Assembly (NCBI RefSeq): GCF_001677475.2
Contig: NZ_CP015229.1
Reading direction: 5' to 3' (one strand)
Source of the DNA: Escherichia coli
GTDB taxonomy: Bacteria > Pseudomonadota > Gammaproteobacteria > Enterobacterales > Enterobacteriaceae
DNA length: 64,000 nucleotides
Shown: positions 1 to 10,509 of the stretch, piece after piece
Layout of the letters: each line of letters begins with the position of its first letter
Numbering within the stretch: position 1 is the first letter of the stretch
Notes under the pieces: model-generated
The model's input: the letters and a program-made list of their open reading frames with translations, nothing else
The model's database searches: none
Told to the model about the DNA's origin: nothing
Translations under genes and position numbers: made by a program

Positions 1-703
1 TCCCGGCCTCGATCTCATCATCCTGCTGTTGGCAGATCATGAAATGAACGCGTTCAGGATCGATATCGCCCAGCGTTTCACGGAATGCGGCAACCTGGTT
101 GTTTTCACAGCCCAGACCAATCACCAGCACTGCGCCTGCGTTCGGGTGGCGCACCATGTTTTGCAGCATGGTGCGGGTATTAATATGATCGTCGCCCAGC
201 TGTGAGCAGCCGTAGGTGTGGCTGAAGAGGAACACGCCATCGGTACCTTCGGCGTTGTTGGTCTCTTTCAGGAAACGATTTTGGATCTGCCGCGCGATGC
301 CGTTGACACAGCCCACGGTTGGCAGGATCCACAGCTCATTACGCACCCCGACATCGCCGTTAGCGCGACGATAGATCTGCACTTCACGATCTGCCGCTTG
401 CGCAGGCAGATCCTGAAAATCAGGTTGATAGCGATACTGATCCAGATCGCTCAGATTCGTGCGCGTATTGTGGGCGTGAACGTGTTCCCCCGCCGCAATA
501 TCCGCCAATGCATAACCAATCGGCAGGCCATATTTGATGACGTTGGCCCCTTTTGCGATATCCGTTAACGCAAATTTATGTCCACGAGCAACATCCTGGC
601 GCAGCGTAACAGTCTGGTTATCGACACTGACTTCTGTGCCTTCCGCCAAATCTGCTAAAGCGACCGCGACGTTATCCAGCGCATGGATCTTGATGTATTG
701 CAT
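1..703 (-). CDS. uxaA: Altronate dehydratase UxaA, N-terminal 234 codons (gene runs off window start)
   Basis: Reverse translation from 703 reads MQYIKIHALDNVAVALADLAE..., matching UxaA; lies immediately downstream of uxaC as in the uxaCA operon. Confidence 0.9.
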   Translation of the reverse strand, partial: MQYIKIHALDNVAVALADLAEGTEVSVDNQTVTLRQDVARGHKFALTDIAKGANVIKYGLPIGYALADIAAGEHVHAHNTRTNLSDLDQYRYQPDFQDLPAQAADREVQIYRRANGDVGVRNELWILPTVGCVNGIARQIQNRFLKETNNAEGTDGVFLFSHTYGCSQLGDDHINTRTMLQNMVRHPNAGAVLVIGLGCENNQVAAFRETLGDIDPERVHFMICQQQDDEIEAG

Positions 704-717
704 ATCAACCCCAGACC

Positions 718-2232
<1,515 letters not shown>

Positions 2233-2340
2233 TCAATAAACGTAGTTAAAAAAATTACTCTCAAAGTGGTAAATCTCGCTGCAGGCCGCGCCAGTACTGG
2301 CCTCGCTGTCGTCAGGTAATGTCCCTACAAATATTCGCAC

Positions 2341-2362
2341 ATTTGTGATGGCTCTCACCTTT
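2341..2362. promoter_or_regulatory. Candidate CRP site (TGTGA-N6-TCACC) in the divergent uxaCA/exuT control region
   Basis: tgtgatggctctcacc matches the CRP half-site consensus with correct 6 bp spacing; hexuronate genes are known to be catabolite controlled. Confidence 0.5.
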
Positions 2363-2363
2363 T

Positions 2364-2383
2364 AAAGTTGTATGACAAGTTAT
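2364..2383. promoter_or_regulatory. Candidate ExuR/UxuR-type operator (imperfect inverted repeat aaagttgtatgacaagttat)
   Basis: Near-palindromic; a highly similar motif recurs at 9343..9362 just upstream of exuR. Confidence 0.45.
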
Positions 2384-2612
2384 CTTTCTGCCGTCGCAAA
2401 TCATAAGTCGACGGAATGCAAATTGCCGATTCATTCATTTGTTAGATGAATCGGGTTAACCGGTACGGAAGCCGAATTAGCACGAAACTTTCATGGCAAC
2501 GTTCGGGGCGTGCCGGTTTTTTTTCGGTTACCCGGTCGTAACTAACATCTTCAGCCTCTGGCGGGATGATTGCCGCGCTTCCTGCGGATATAACAAAACG
2601 ATGAGGTTTTAC

Positions 2613-3911
2613 ATGCGTAAAATTAAAGGGTTACGTTGGTATATGATCGCACTGGTGACGCTCGGCACCGTGCTTGGTTACCTGACGCGTAACACTGTGG
2701 CGGCAGCTGCGCCAACTCTGATGGAAGAGTTAAACATCTCCACCCAACAGTATTCCTATATCATCGCAGCGTATTCTGCTGCTTATACGGTCATGCAACC
2801 GGTAGCGGGCTATGTACTGGATGTGCTGGGTACGAAAATCGGTTATGCAATGTTTGCTGTACTGTGGGCCGTGTTCTGTGGTGCAACCGCGCTGGCAGGT
2901 AGCTGGGGCGGCTTGGCTGTTGCTCGTGGTGCGGTCGGTGCCGCGGAAGCAGCGATGATCCCGGCGGGTCTGAAAGCCAGCTCCGAATGGTTCCCGGCGA
3001 AAGAGCGTTCCATCGCAGTAGGCTACTTTAACGTAGGTTCTTCGATTGGTGCGATGATTGCGCCGCCGCTGGTGGTATGGGCAATCGTGATGCACAGCTG
3101 GCAGATGGCATTTATCATCTCCGGTGCATTGAGCTTTATCTGGGCGATGGCATGGCTGATTTTCTATAAACATCCGCGCGACCAGAAGCATCTGACCGAT
3201 GAAGAACGCGACTATATTATTAATGGTCAGGAAGCCCAGCACCAGGTGAGTACGGCGAAGAAAATGTCCGTTGGTCAGATCCTGCGTAACCGTCAGTTCT
3301 GGGGTATCGCGCTGCCGCGTTTCCTGGCTGAACCGGCGTGGGGGACTTTCAACGCGTGGATCCCGCTGTTCATGTTTAAAGTTTACGGCTTTAACCTGAA
3401 AGAGATCGCGATGTTCGCCTGGATGCCGATGCTGTTTGCTGACCTCGGTTGTATCCTCGGTGGTTACCTGCCGCCGCTGTTCCAGCGTTGGTTTGGCGTA
3501 AACCTGATCGTCTCTCGTAAGATGGTCGTAACGCTGGGTGCGGTGCTGATGATTGGCCCAGGTATGATCGGTCTGTTCACCAACCCATATGTAGCGATTA
3601 TGCTGCTGTGTATTGGTGGTTTTGCTCACCAGGCACTGTCTGGCGCACTGATTACGCTCTCTTCTGACGTGTTCGGTCGTAATGAAGTCGCAACGGCAAA
3701 CGGTCTGACCGGGATGTCCGCATGGCTGGCAAGTACGCTGTTTGCGCTGGTTGTTGGTGCTCTGGCTGACACCATCGGCTTCAGCCCGCTGTTCGCAGTG
3801 CTGGCAGTGTTCGACCTGTTAGGCGCGCTGGTTATCTGGACGGTATTGCAGAACAAACCGGCGATTGAGGTGGCGCAGGAAACACATAACGATCCCGCCC
3901 CGCAACATTAA
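2613..3911 (+). CDS. exuT: Hexuronate transporter (MFS), 432 aa
   Basis: ORF 2493..3911; start at MRKIKGLRWYMIALVTLG (ATG 2613); multi-span membrane protein matching ExuT. Confidence 0.92.
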   Translation: MRKIKGLRWYMIALVTLGTVLGYLTRNTVAAAAPTLMEELNISTQQYSYIIAAYSAAYTVMQPVAGYVLDVLGTKIGYAMFAVLWAVFCGATALAGSWGGLAVARGAVGAAEAAMIPAGLKASSEWFPAKERSIAVGYFNVGSSIGAMIAPPLVVWAIVMHSWQMAFIISGALSFIWAMAWLIFYKHPRDQKHLTDEERDYIINGQEAQHQVSTAKKMSVGQILRNRQFWGIALPRFLAEPAWGTFNAWIPLFMFKVYGFNLKEIAMFAWMPMLFADLGCILGGYLPPLFQRWFGVNLIVSRKMVVTLGAVLMIGPGMIGLFTNPYVAIMLLCIGGFAHQALSGALITLSSDVFGRNEVATANGLTGMSAWLASTLFALVVGALADTIGFSPLFAVLAVFDLLGALVIWTVLQNKPAIEVAQETHNDPAPQH

Positions 3912-3934
3912 CGCTTAGCGTGAGTTTTAATGTC

Positions 3935-3965
3935 GAAGCCGCCTGTTCAGGCGGCTTCGTTGTTT
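3935..3965 (+). terminator. Intrinsic terminator after exuT (GC hairpin gaagccgcc/ggcggcttc then T-rich tract)
   Basis: Perfect 9 bp stem with 6 nt loop followed by gttgttt. Confidence 0.7.
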
Positions 3966-3988
3966 ATGCGTTTGCCCGGCCTATAGGG

Positions 3989-5074
3989 TTAATTGATGGT
4001 TGGTAGAGATGGAGTAAAAATTACCGATAGTTTCCCCATGTAATACCCGGCCTGTTTATCCATCACGCTAAATTTATCGACCGCCAGGGTTAATGGCGTC
4101 GGCACACACATGACAGCGTAACGAATTCCTGGCAGCACAACCGGACGAACGCGCTTCAGGTTGATGCTGTTCCAGACCATATTTTCATTGTTGCGAACAT
4201 CAATTTGCCCGCCCGTTTCCGGGTTATACATTTTTACCCGATAATCAATGCGTTCTGAGGCATCTGTCGATGTTCCTCCCTGACGATAGATCGAGAAGTC
4301 GCCATCTCTTCGTCCGGCAGCCGGGCGACCTTCATCTTTAAGCTGGATTTCATAACTGATAGCGTTGCCGTTAAAACCATCGTACAGGCACATATCCAGC
4401 GTGGTCAGATCCTGAGCATAGTTACTGCCATTGACGCTCCCCGTCGGGTGTAGATCCAACTGTACCCGTGGCGTGGCGTGGGCAAACTCAGGAAAGAAGA
4501 TATCGATATGGTTGGGATCGAGCGTATTAAGCGTGATATCCGCAACATAATCTGTTCCAGGAGTGGAAAAACGTAATTTAGCAGAACCTTCCCAGACGCC
4601 GCCGATTGGTAATTTTTTCATTTCGGCTTGTTCAAGATACAGGGTTACCGGCTTTGCAGTGGCAAGATGTTGAACATTATCATTACCCTTGCAGTAATAG
4701 CCATTACCATCAGTCAAATTCAGTTGCTTGCTCCATCCCTTGCATGGCCCTTCATCCCAGACTTCTGCGTTCATATAGCCCGTCAGTTTCACAGGCCAAC
4801 GCATACCGCTGCGCTTTTCAGTCAAGTAAATCTGCACTTTTGTCGTGTTTCCAGATGATGTGCAGGTCTGCTGCATATCAGAGAAGTTGCACTGATACCA
4901 TGCCCATGTAGTGTTGTAGTTGTACGCCGGTGGGGCTTCTTTGTTCCAGAAATAGTAATTCGCCCTCCCCGTCGCCAAATCGTAAGTTACATCCGCCGTA
5001 ACATTTTGGGCTGCCTGAACACCCGCAACCGAGCCCCAAAAGCAAAATAGTATGGCAATCAATCGCTTTCTCAT
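3989..5074 (-). CDS. Fimbrial tip/minor adhesin, class 5 (CfaE/CooD-like), 361 aa with signal peptide
   Basis: Size and motifs (KLPIGGVW, DLHPTG, DMCLYDGF, GYYMGKLSVIFTPS) resemble CfaE/CooD as recalled; last gene of a chaperone-pilin-usher-adhesin operon. Confidence 0.8.
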   Translation of the reverse strand: MRKRLIAILFCFWGSVAGVQAAQNVTADVTYDLATGRANYYFWNKEAPPAYNYNTTWAWYQCNFSDMQQTCTSSGNTTKVQIYLTEKRSGMRWPVKLTGYMNAEVWDEGPCKGWSKQLNLTDGNGYYCKGNDNVQHLATAKPVTLYLEQAEMKKLPIGGVWEGSAKLRFSTPGTDYVADITLNTLDPNHIDIFFPEFAHATPRVQLDLHPTGSVNGSNYAQDLTTLDMCLYDGFNGNAISYEIQLKDEGRPAAGRRDGDFSIYRQGGTSTDASERIDYRVKMYNPETGGQIDVRNNENMVWNSINLKRVRPVVLPGIRYAVMCVPTPLTLAVDKFSVMDKQAGYYMGKLSVIFTPSLPTIN

Positions 5075-7755
5075 GGTGCAACCTCCCTTTGCGCCGTTTG
5101 CACACTTTCGCGTAATTTAGGCTGTTTTAACTGCGCCTGAACCTGAATCGACTCTGGCAATTGCGAATAACTCACGACGCTACAAGTCACATCGCCGCTG
5201 TAACGAATGCTGGCGCGTTTCTTCACAACAGTCAGCGGACATTTAAGGAATTCGTGTCCGGAAAGCAGATACAGTTCTTTATCATTGCCGCTAATTTCCA
5301 GCGTAAATCCGCCATCTTCAGCCACCAATAACATGGTGCTGTTCAGACCAATCAGCGGGAATTTCTCTACTGATGCTGGCAATAACAAGCGACCAATATA
5401 GTTGTAGTTAAAGCTGGCAGTGACTTCGCGATAACGTAACTTACCGGGCAGCAACATTAATTCCCGGTTTCCCGCGCCATTGATAATATTGGTTGTTCCC
5501 TGCTGATTGCCCTGGTTGCTGTCCCTGACGTCAACAAAGCCCGACTGGAATCCAGCATAGGGGAACAACACACTGTCACTTTGACCAAGTTGCAGAGTTC
5601 TGCTGCCCGCAACCCGAGCTTCGAATTGCAGATCCTGGCTCTCTTCATCCTGTTCAGTAAATCCTTTTACATCGACTAATACAGCGCCGAGCAGATCATC
5701 TGTTCCACTGGCTCCCAGATTAATTCCGTAACGACTCACCGCCAGTGTGGAACTGTAAGTCCCTGTAAAGGCAGAAAGATGATCATGGTTCTTGCGATCG
5801 TAACTGTCTGATACGGTTCCGTTGAGATTACCGTACTGCCCTTCCCAACGACCATTAACCGCACTGTTTATGGTATCGGTGTTCAGGCCACCGACGGTTA
5901 CGCCAAGTTCTTTATGGCTGAATGAATCATTATAAAAGGTATGCGATAACTGCCATGAAGTTTGGTCGCCATCCTGATCGCTATAGCGATAGTCAGTCGA
6001 AACATTGGTTGAGTGACTGTTATTATTGCTGTCCATCGTTGGTGTATCAGATAACGAAAACGATAAGTACAATCCGTTGTCGTCGTTATCTCCGCCGTTG
6101 TCGTTACGATGGAAAACCCCGACAGAAGTGCTCAAAATCCAGTCACGCATTATAAAAGCGCGAGACGCGCTAAGCTGTACGGTTTCAGAAATACTTTGCG
6201 CAGAAGTCTGGCGAAGATAGTTATTTTCAAAACTCTGCTGTTTGTCCCAGCGTAAGCTGTCGTCGGTGTTATTTTGCGTGCGGGTATAACCCAGCATCAG
6301 GTTCCAGCCGATAAGATTCTGTGAAATCGTAGCGGATATGCTTTCATAACAGCTTAAGGCGTTGTAGCTATCTCTGCTGTCGGTTGTACAAGCATCTCCG
6401 TCGGAGTTGGTACGATAAAAGCCCAGCGTCGGCCATCCCGAATTACTCCAGTTAACCTGCTGCATATCACCTTTGCCGCCATCGTCATTGCGGAACAGGC
6501 TGGCACCTATGGCAAGATTCCCCGCCCCGCCTAAATCCGCCGTCCAGTTATTACCTAACTCGAAAGCATTCACATCATCGGCATTCGCCAGCCCTGCGTA
6601 GAGCTCATATTGTGGATGTAACGGCAGGCGAAAACCCAGTTGATAAGCTGAACTTTCGTCATCGGCAGCCTGGGAGGTGGTTTTACCGGCCTGTAAGAAC
6701 CACTGCGCATTTCCGTCCGTCAGCCCCCCTGTTTTGGTAAAAGGGACAAGTTCAGTGCGGGTGAGTTGGTTGTTCTCATAAACTTTTAACGCCACGCTGT
6801 AGCTGCCTGGCGGAAAGGAACCAGTATCAATAAATTGCGAACCACTATTGAGATAAAACGATCCCAGAAGTTGTTCATTACGATAAGCGTCAACACGAGA
6901 ATTGCGCGAAAGCAGGACCATTACTGGCGTTCCTTGCTGACTCTGCGCCTGGTTTAAATAACTGAGTGTTGACCCGATACGCATTCCATCGATTGCACCG
7001 AGTGGCAGAAAGTTAAAAGTAAAATTCCCGCCTTGTGCATTAAATAGCGTGCGGTTGTCCATTCGCCCCGCCTGCACATAATAACGACGTAAAAAATCAT
7101 AACGATAATAGAGATCGCTGACATCAGCATTATTATCGCTGACATCTTCTGCCTCATAGCCATTGAAATTCCAGTGCCCGCCAATATAACTATTCTCTGT
7201 GACACCCAGCGCACCATTGCCCTGAATGGAGAACGATTGGTAATCATCCTGCACCAGCACGTTAATATCCTGCTGATGAATAAATGCATTAATCGCGTTT
7301 CTGTCTGGATTTAAATATAGCGATTTTGAATTTAACGAGGAACTCCATTGGGGATTCAGAAAGAGGGTGGCGGAACTCTCTTCATCATTAAAAATAATGT
7401 CAACAGAATCGGTATTGAGAAAGCCACATCCTGAATCGGTCTGCGCAAAACCACAAGCCAGTTCACCATGACGCACCAGTGGTTGTGCCAGTCTCGCTTT
7501 TACGGCTTGAGTGATTTTTTGGTCTTTGGTATCCAGCTCCAGCTTATTATATAAACTTGCTGAATCCAGAAATGTTACGGCATCAAGATTAACCATTGCA
7601 TAATATTTACCGAGACTTTTCCCGGCATAATAGACTTCAATATACTCCTGCTGTCCCTGTGCAATAACCTCAAACCCAGCGGGAATTTTAGTTAATGCTG
7701 CCTTTGCCGGGCTGAGACTCGCCAGGATCAAAAGAGCCAGTAATTTTTTATCCAT
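5071..7755 (-). CDS. Fimbrial outer-membrane usher (CooC/CfaC-like), about 894 aa
   Basis: ORF 5071..7809 (912 aa); start preferred at MDKKLLALLILASLSPAKA (signal peptide, ATG at 7755, RBS agggt); large beta-barrel-type protein between pilin and adhesin genes. Confidence 0.85.
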   Translation of the reverse strand: MDKKLLALLILASLSPAKAALTKIPAGFEVIAQGQQEYIEVYYAGKSLGKYYAMVNLDAVTFLDSASLYNKLELDTKDQKITQAVKARLAQPLVRHGELACGFAQTDSGCGFLNTDSVDIIFNDEESSATLFLNPQWSSSLNSKSLYLNPDRNAINAFIHQQDINVLVQDDYQSFSIQGNGALGVTENSYIGGHWNFNGYEAEDVSDNNADVSDLYYRYDFLRRYYVQAGRMDNRTLFNAQGGNFTFNFLPLGAIDGMRIGSTLSYLNQAQSQQGTPVMVLLSRNSRVDAYRNEQLLGSFYLNSGSQFIDTGSFPPGSYSVALKVYENNQLTRTELVPFTKTGGLTDGNAQWFLQAGKTTSQAADDESSAYQLGFRLPLHPQYELYAGLANADDVNAFELGNNWTADLGGAGNLAIGASLFRNDDGGKGDMQQVNWSNSGWPTLGFYRTNSDGDACTTDSRDSYNALSCYESISATISQNLIGWNLMLGYTRTQNNTDDSLRWDKQQSFENNYLRQTSAQSISETVQLSASRAFIMRDWILSTSVGVFHRNDNGGDNDDNGLYLSFSLSDTPTMDSNNNSHSTNVSTDYRYSDQDGDQTSWQLSHTFYNDSFSHKELGVTVGGLNTDTINSAVNGRWEGQYGNLNGTVSDSYDRKNHDHLSAFTGTYSSTLAVSRYGINLGASGTDDLLGAVLVDVKGFTEQDEESQDLQFEARVAGSRTLQLGQSDSVLFPYAGFQSGFVDVRDSNQGNQQGTTNIINGAGNRELMLLPGKLRYREVTASFNYNYIGRLLLPASVEKFPLIGLNSTMLLVAEDGGFTLEISGNDKELYLLSGHEFLKCPLTVVKKRASIRYSGDVTCSVVSYSQLPESIQVQAQLKQPKLRESVQTAQREVAP

Positions 7756-7780
7756 GGCAACCCTGTAATCCATAACAACG

Positions 7781-7820
7781 ACTAAAATAGTTAAAATAAG
7801 GGAGGACAAGCCCCCCCTTT
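7781..7820 (-). terminator. Intra-operon hairpin (GGGGGG/CCUCCC stem, U-rich tail) between the pilin and usher genes; possible attenuator
   Basis: Minus-strand transcript ggggggg-cttgtc-ctccctt followed by auuuuaacuauuuu; position matches pilin/usher attenuators seen in other chaperone-usher operons. Confidence 0.4.
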
Positions 7821-7846
7821 ATTACGTATTAATTCTGTTATCCGGA

Positions 7847-8347
7847 TTAGATATCCTGGGACAGATAGATGCTTACCACACCACGGTAAATACCGGTTTC
7901 CAGTACACCTTTGGTGGTCTGAGCAAACATCAGGTTTTTAGCCAAAGAACCGTTGGTTAAAGCATCGGAAGCAAAAATTTTGGTTGCTTCGAAAGTGGTA
8001 GCGGCATCAGACTTGATTTCAGTACCACCCCAGGTCACAGTCAGCGGAACAGTTTTGCTGCCGTCCAGGTTATGAACCAGTTGCGCAGGGGAAACCAACT
8101 GCATTTTAATGTCTTTAGTAACATCGTTAGACCAAATTTTAGTCATCAACTGATAAGATTGCAGACCCTGACCCGGCAGATATTGCATTTCAACTGCTTT
8201 CGGCAGTGCGCTGTTATCGGTTTGCGTCATATCCAGGGCGGCATCAACGTTAGCTGTTACAGTAATATCTTTTTGTACTGCTAACGCGGAGCCTGCTACA
8301 GAGAATAACGCTGCTACCAGAAGAGATTTTGCAAATGCCTTTTTCAT
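7847..8347 (-). CDS. Major fimbrial subunit, class 5 (CooA/CfaB-like pilin), 166 aa with signal peptide
   Basis: ITVTANVDAALDMTQTDNSALP and C-terminal YRGVVSIYLSQ resemble CooA ISVTASVDPTVDLLQSDGSALP ... YQGLVSIIL as recalled. Confidence 0.85.
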   Translation of the reverse strand: MKKAFAKSLLVAALFSVAGSALAVQKDITVTANVDAALDMTQTDNSALPKAVEMQYLPGQGLQSYQLMTKIWSNDVTKDIKMQLVSPAQLVHNLDGSKTVPLTVTWGGTEIKSDAATTFEATKIFASDALTNGSLAKNLMFAQTTKGVLETGIYRGVVSIYLSQDI

Positions 8348-8376
8348 TACTATTCCTTCGTTTATGACAATGATAA

Positions 8377-9093
8377 TTAATGGATCGCCAGCTCAAACTC
8401 GCCATTATCCTTAGTGATCCAGTTATTATATTTGACAACGATCTTGTCGTAGCCAGATATGCTTTCAAGATTTATTTCCTGACCAGGGAAGATATTTTTA
8501 TTTACGGTCTGCATCTTACAATTATCTTTGCTATTATTTTTGCAATAAGCGATCGTTAAAAGTTTTAAACGTTGATTCCCTGCATTAAATAATTTTTTGG
8601 CAGGATTTACTTCTAACTTAGCAATAGGTTGTTGGGGTGGAACACTAACAACAATCCCCCAAATCAAGTTAACTGTTAACTGCATAGAGAGATCTTTTTT
8701 ATCTGTGGCAACGTCATCAATACTGGGAACTGCTTCAAATTTAACGCGGTAATTTTTCTCTTTTTGCTCTGGTTCCATTGCGACAAAGCGCACGGTTTTG
8801 CTGCTACCGGCTGGTAAGGCGAATTTGGGTGGCATAACGACCAGATGATTTGCATCACCGGATTTAATCTCAACTTCATTTTCCTGAGGCGTCGATGGAT
8901 TATCTATACGGAATACTGTCGCCTTGATATACTGAACTTCATTACTTTTAGATATTACACGAACGTTGCCTTCACCCTGACTATTAATAGAAACAGCCAT
9001 AGGATAAACAGTCATATTTGACTGTGCAAAAAAAGGAGCGAACACGAATAAAAGCGGCGTAAGCCGTGATAAGAGTTTAATTTTCGCCACCAT
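8377..9093 (-). CDS. Periplasmic fimbrial chaperone, class 5 (CooB/CfaA-like), 238 aa
   Basis: IYPMAVS, KSNEVQYIKATV and YRVKFEAV resemble CooB IYPISKD, KSKEIQYIKIYT and YRVYFEAV as recalled; first gene of the operon. Confidence 0.85.
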   Translation of the reverse strand: MVAKIKLLSRLTPLLFVFAPFFAQSNMTVYPMAVSINSQGEGNVRVISKSNEVQYIKATVFRIDNPSTPQENEVEIKSGDANHLVVMPPKFALPAGSSKTVRFVAMEPEQKEKNYRVKFEAVPSIDDVATDKKDLSMQLTVNLIWGIVVSVPPQQPIAKLEVNPAKKLFNAGNQRLKLLTIAYCKNNSKDNCKMQTVNKNIFPGQEINLESISGYDKIVVKYNNWITKDNGEFELAIH

Positions 9094-9342
9094 ATAGAAT
9101 TGATCTTACAAAATTGTTTCAAAAAAGTTAGTGCATTAGAAATGTAGATTTATTGTAAGTCAATATAAAAAATCATTTTTAGTTAATATTAATTTAAAAA
9201 GCGAAAAATTAAGTTACTGAAACATAGTAATTTTCACAATAGCGACGCTTAATTTTTAGGAATTTATAAATATTCACAATGTTAATTAAATACATTATTT
9301 CAATCACCATATTTATATATGAACAATGGCATACCCATAAAT
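9094..9342 (-). promoter_or_regulatory. Strongly AT-rich leader/promoter region of the fimbrial operon
   Basis: About 250 bp of very low GC with A/T tracts immediately upstream of the chaperone start; exact promoter elements not assigned. Confidence 0.4.
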
Positions 9343-9362
9343 AAAGTGGTATGATAACTTTG
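9343..9362. promoter_or_regulatory. Candidate ExuR operator upstream of exuR (aaagtggtatgataactttg)
   Basis: Matches the 2364..2383 motif at about 16 of 20 positions; sits 27 bp upstream of the exuR start. Confidence 0.45.
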
Positions 9363-9388
9363 TCCGCATTCCATTCCGGGAGACGCAT

Positions 9389-10165
9389 ATGGAAATCTCT
9401 GAACCACGCCGTTTGTACCAACAACTTGCTGCTGACCTGAAAGAGCGCATTGAGCAGGGCGTCTATCTGGTGGGTGATAAACTGCCCGCCGAACGTTTTA
9501 TTGCCGATGAAAAAAACGTCAGCCGAACGGTAGTTCGTGAAGCCATCATCATGCTGGAAGTTGAAGGCTATGTGGAGGTGCGTAAAGGTTCAGGTATTCA
9601 CGTGGTTTCCAACCAGCCGCGCCATCAGCAGGCGGCTGACGATAATATGGAATTTGCCAATTACGGCCCGTTTGAACTGTTACAGGCTCGCCAGCTTATC
9701 GAGAGCAATATTGCCGAGTTTGCCGCAACCCAGGTGACCAAGCAGGACATCATGAAATTGATGGCCATCCAGGAGCAGGCTCGCGGCGAACAATGCTTCC
9801 GCGATTCCGAGTGGGATTTGCAGTTCCACATTCAGGTAGCCCTGGCGACGCAGAACTCCGCCCTGGCGGCTATCGTTGAAAAAATGTGGACCCAACGTAG
9901 CCATAACCCGTACTGGAAAAAACTACACGAACACATTGATGCCCGTACTGTCGATAACTGGTGCGATGACCACGATCAGATCCTCAAGGCGTTAATTCGC
10001 AAAGATCCTCATGCTGCTAAGCTGGCAATGTGGCAGCATCTGGAAAACACCAAAATCATGTTATTTAACGAAACCAGCGACGATTTCGAGTTCAATGCCG
10101 ACCGCTATCTGTTCGCAGAAAACCCGGTAGTGCATCTCGATACGGCCACCAGCGGCAGCAAATGA
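9389..10165 (+). CDS. exuR: Hexuronate regulon repressor ExuR (GntR/FadR family), 258 aa
   Basis: [37 protein letters not shown]...; length matches ExuR. Confidence 0.93.
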   Translation: MEISEPRRLYQQLAADLKERIEQGVYLVGDKLPAERFIADEKNVSRTVVREAIIMLEVEGYVEVRKGSGIHVVSNQPRHQQAADDNMEFANYGPFELLQARQLIESNIAEFAATQVTKQDIMKLMAIQEQARGEQCFRDSEWDLQFHIQVALATQNSALAAIVEKMWTQRSHNPYWKKLHEHIDARTVDNWCDDHDQILKALIRKDPHAAKLAMWQHLENTKIMLFNETSDDFEFNADRYLFAENPVVHLDTATSGSK

Positions 10166-10177
10166 AATTTCCATCCG

Positions 10178-10205
10178 ACAGGCGCTGCAATGCGCCTGTT
10201 TGCTT
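10178..10205 (+). terminator. Intrinsic terminator after exuR
   Basis: acaggcgctgcaatgcgcctgt hairpin followed by ttgctt. Confidence 0.6.
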
Positions 10206-10509
10206 CGTCGGTAAGCGAAAAGTATAAAGTGTCAGCCTGTGTAAATCCTCTCGCCACCCTCCCCTGTAATCAGCAAAATCAGACTCCACGGACATGTAAT
10301 TTTGATAACGAACAACGTTGACCTTTGTTACAATTAGATTCAATTTGAATTTATGCTTTTGAATGCTTTCTTATCTCACGATTTAACAGGGAATAGTTCA
10401 GGCTGTGTTGATGTATCAAACCCGCAAAACATACCAAAACAGCAATAACATTGCGGTAGTGCATCTTTTAAAACCAGCGTGGCGTTAACCGATTCACCAG
10501 GAATAATGA

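Noticed and set aside
2730-3629. 299 aa minus-strand ORF inside exuT
   Set aside because: Antisense to exuT; Arg/His-rich nonsense-like composition typical of shadow frames in GC-rich coding DNA.
5071-7809. Extended 912 aa usher ORF starting at 7809
   Set aside because: The N-terminal 18 residues lack a signal peptide and run through the pilin-usher hairpin; the internal ATG at 7755 gives a canonical signal peptide and an RBS.
3960-9388. Mobile-element boundaries (IS, integrase, tRNA attachment site, direct repeats) around the fimbrial insertion
   Set aside because: No transposase or integrase ORF, no tRNA gene and no obvious terminal inverted or direct repeats were found by eye; junctions cannot be defined without comparison to a K-12-like sequence.
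9209-9424. 71 aa ORF in the AT-rich fimbrial leader, overlapping the exuR start
   Set aside because: Lies in low-complexity AT-rich DNA antisense to the exuR promoter; no RBS and no plausible fold.
10206-10509. Possible CpxR box or small RNA in the exuR-yqjA spacer
   Set aside because: gtaagcgaaaagtataaag only loosely resembles GTAAA-N5-GTAAA; no terminator-bounded small RNA candidate could be supported.
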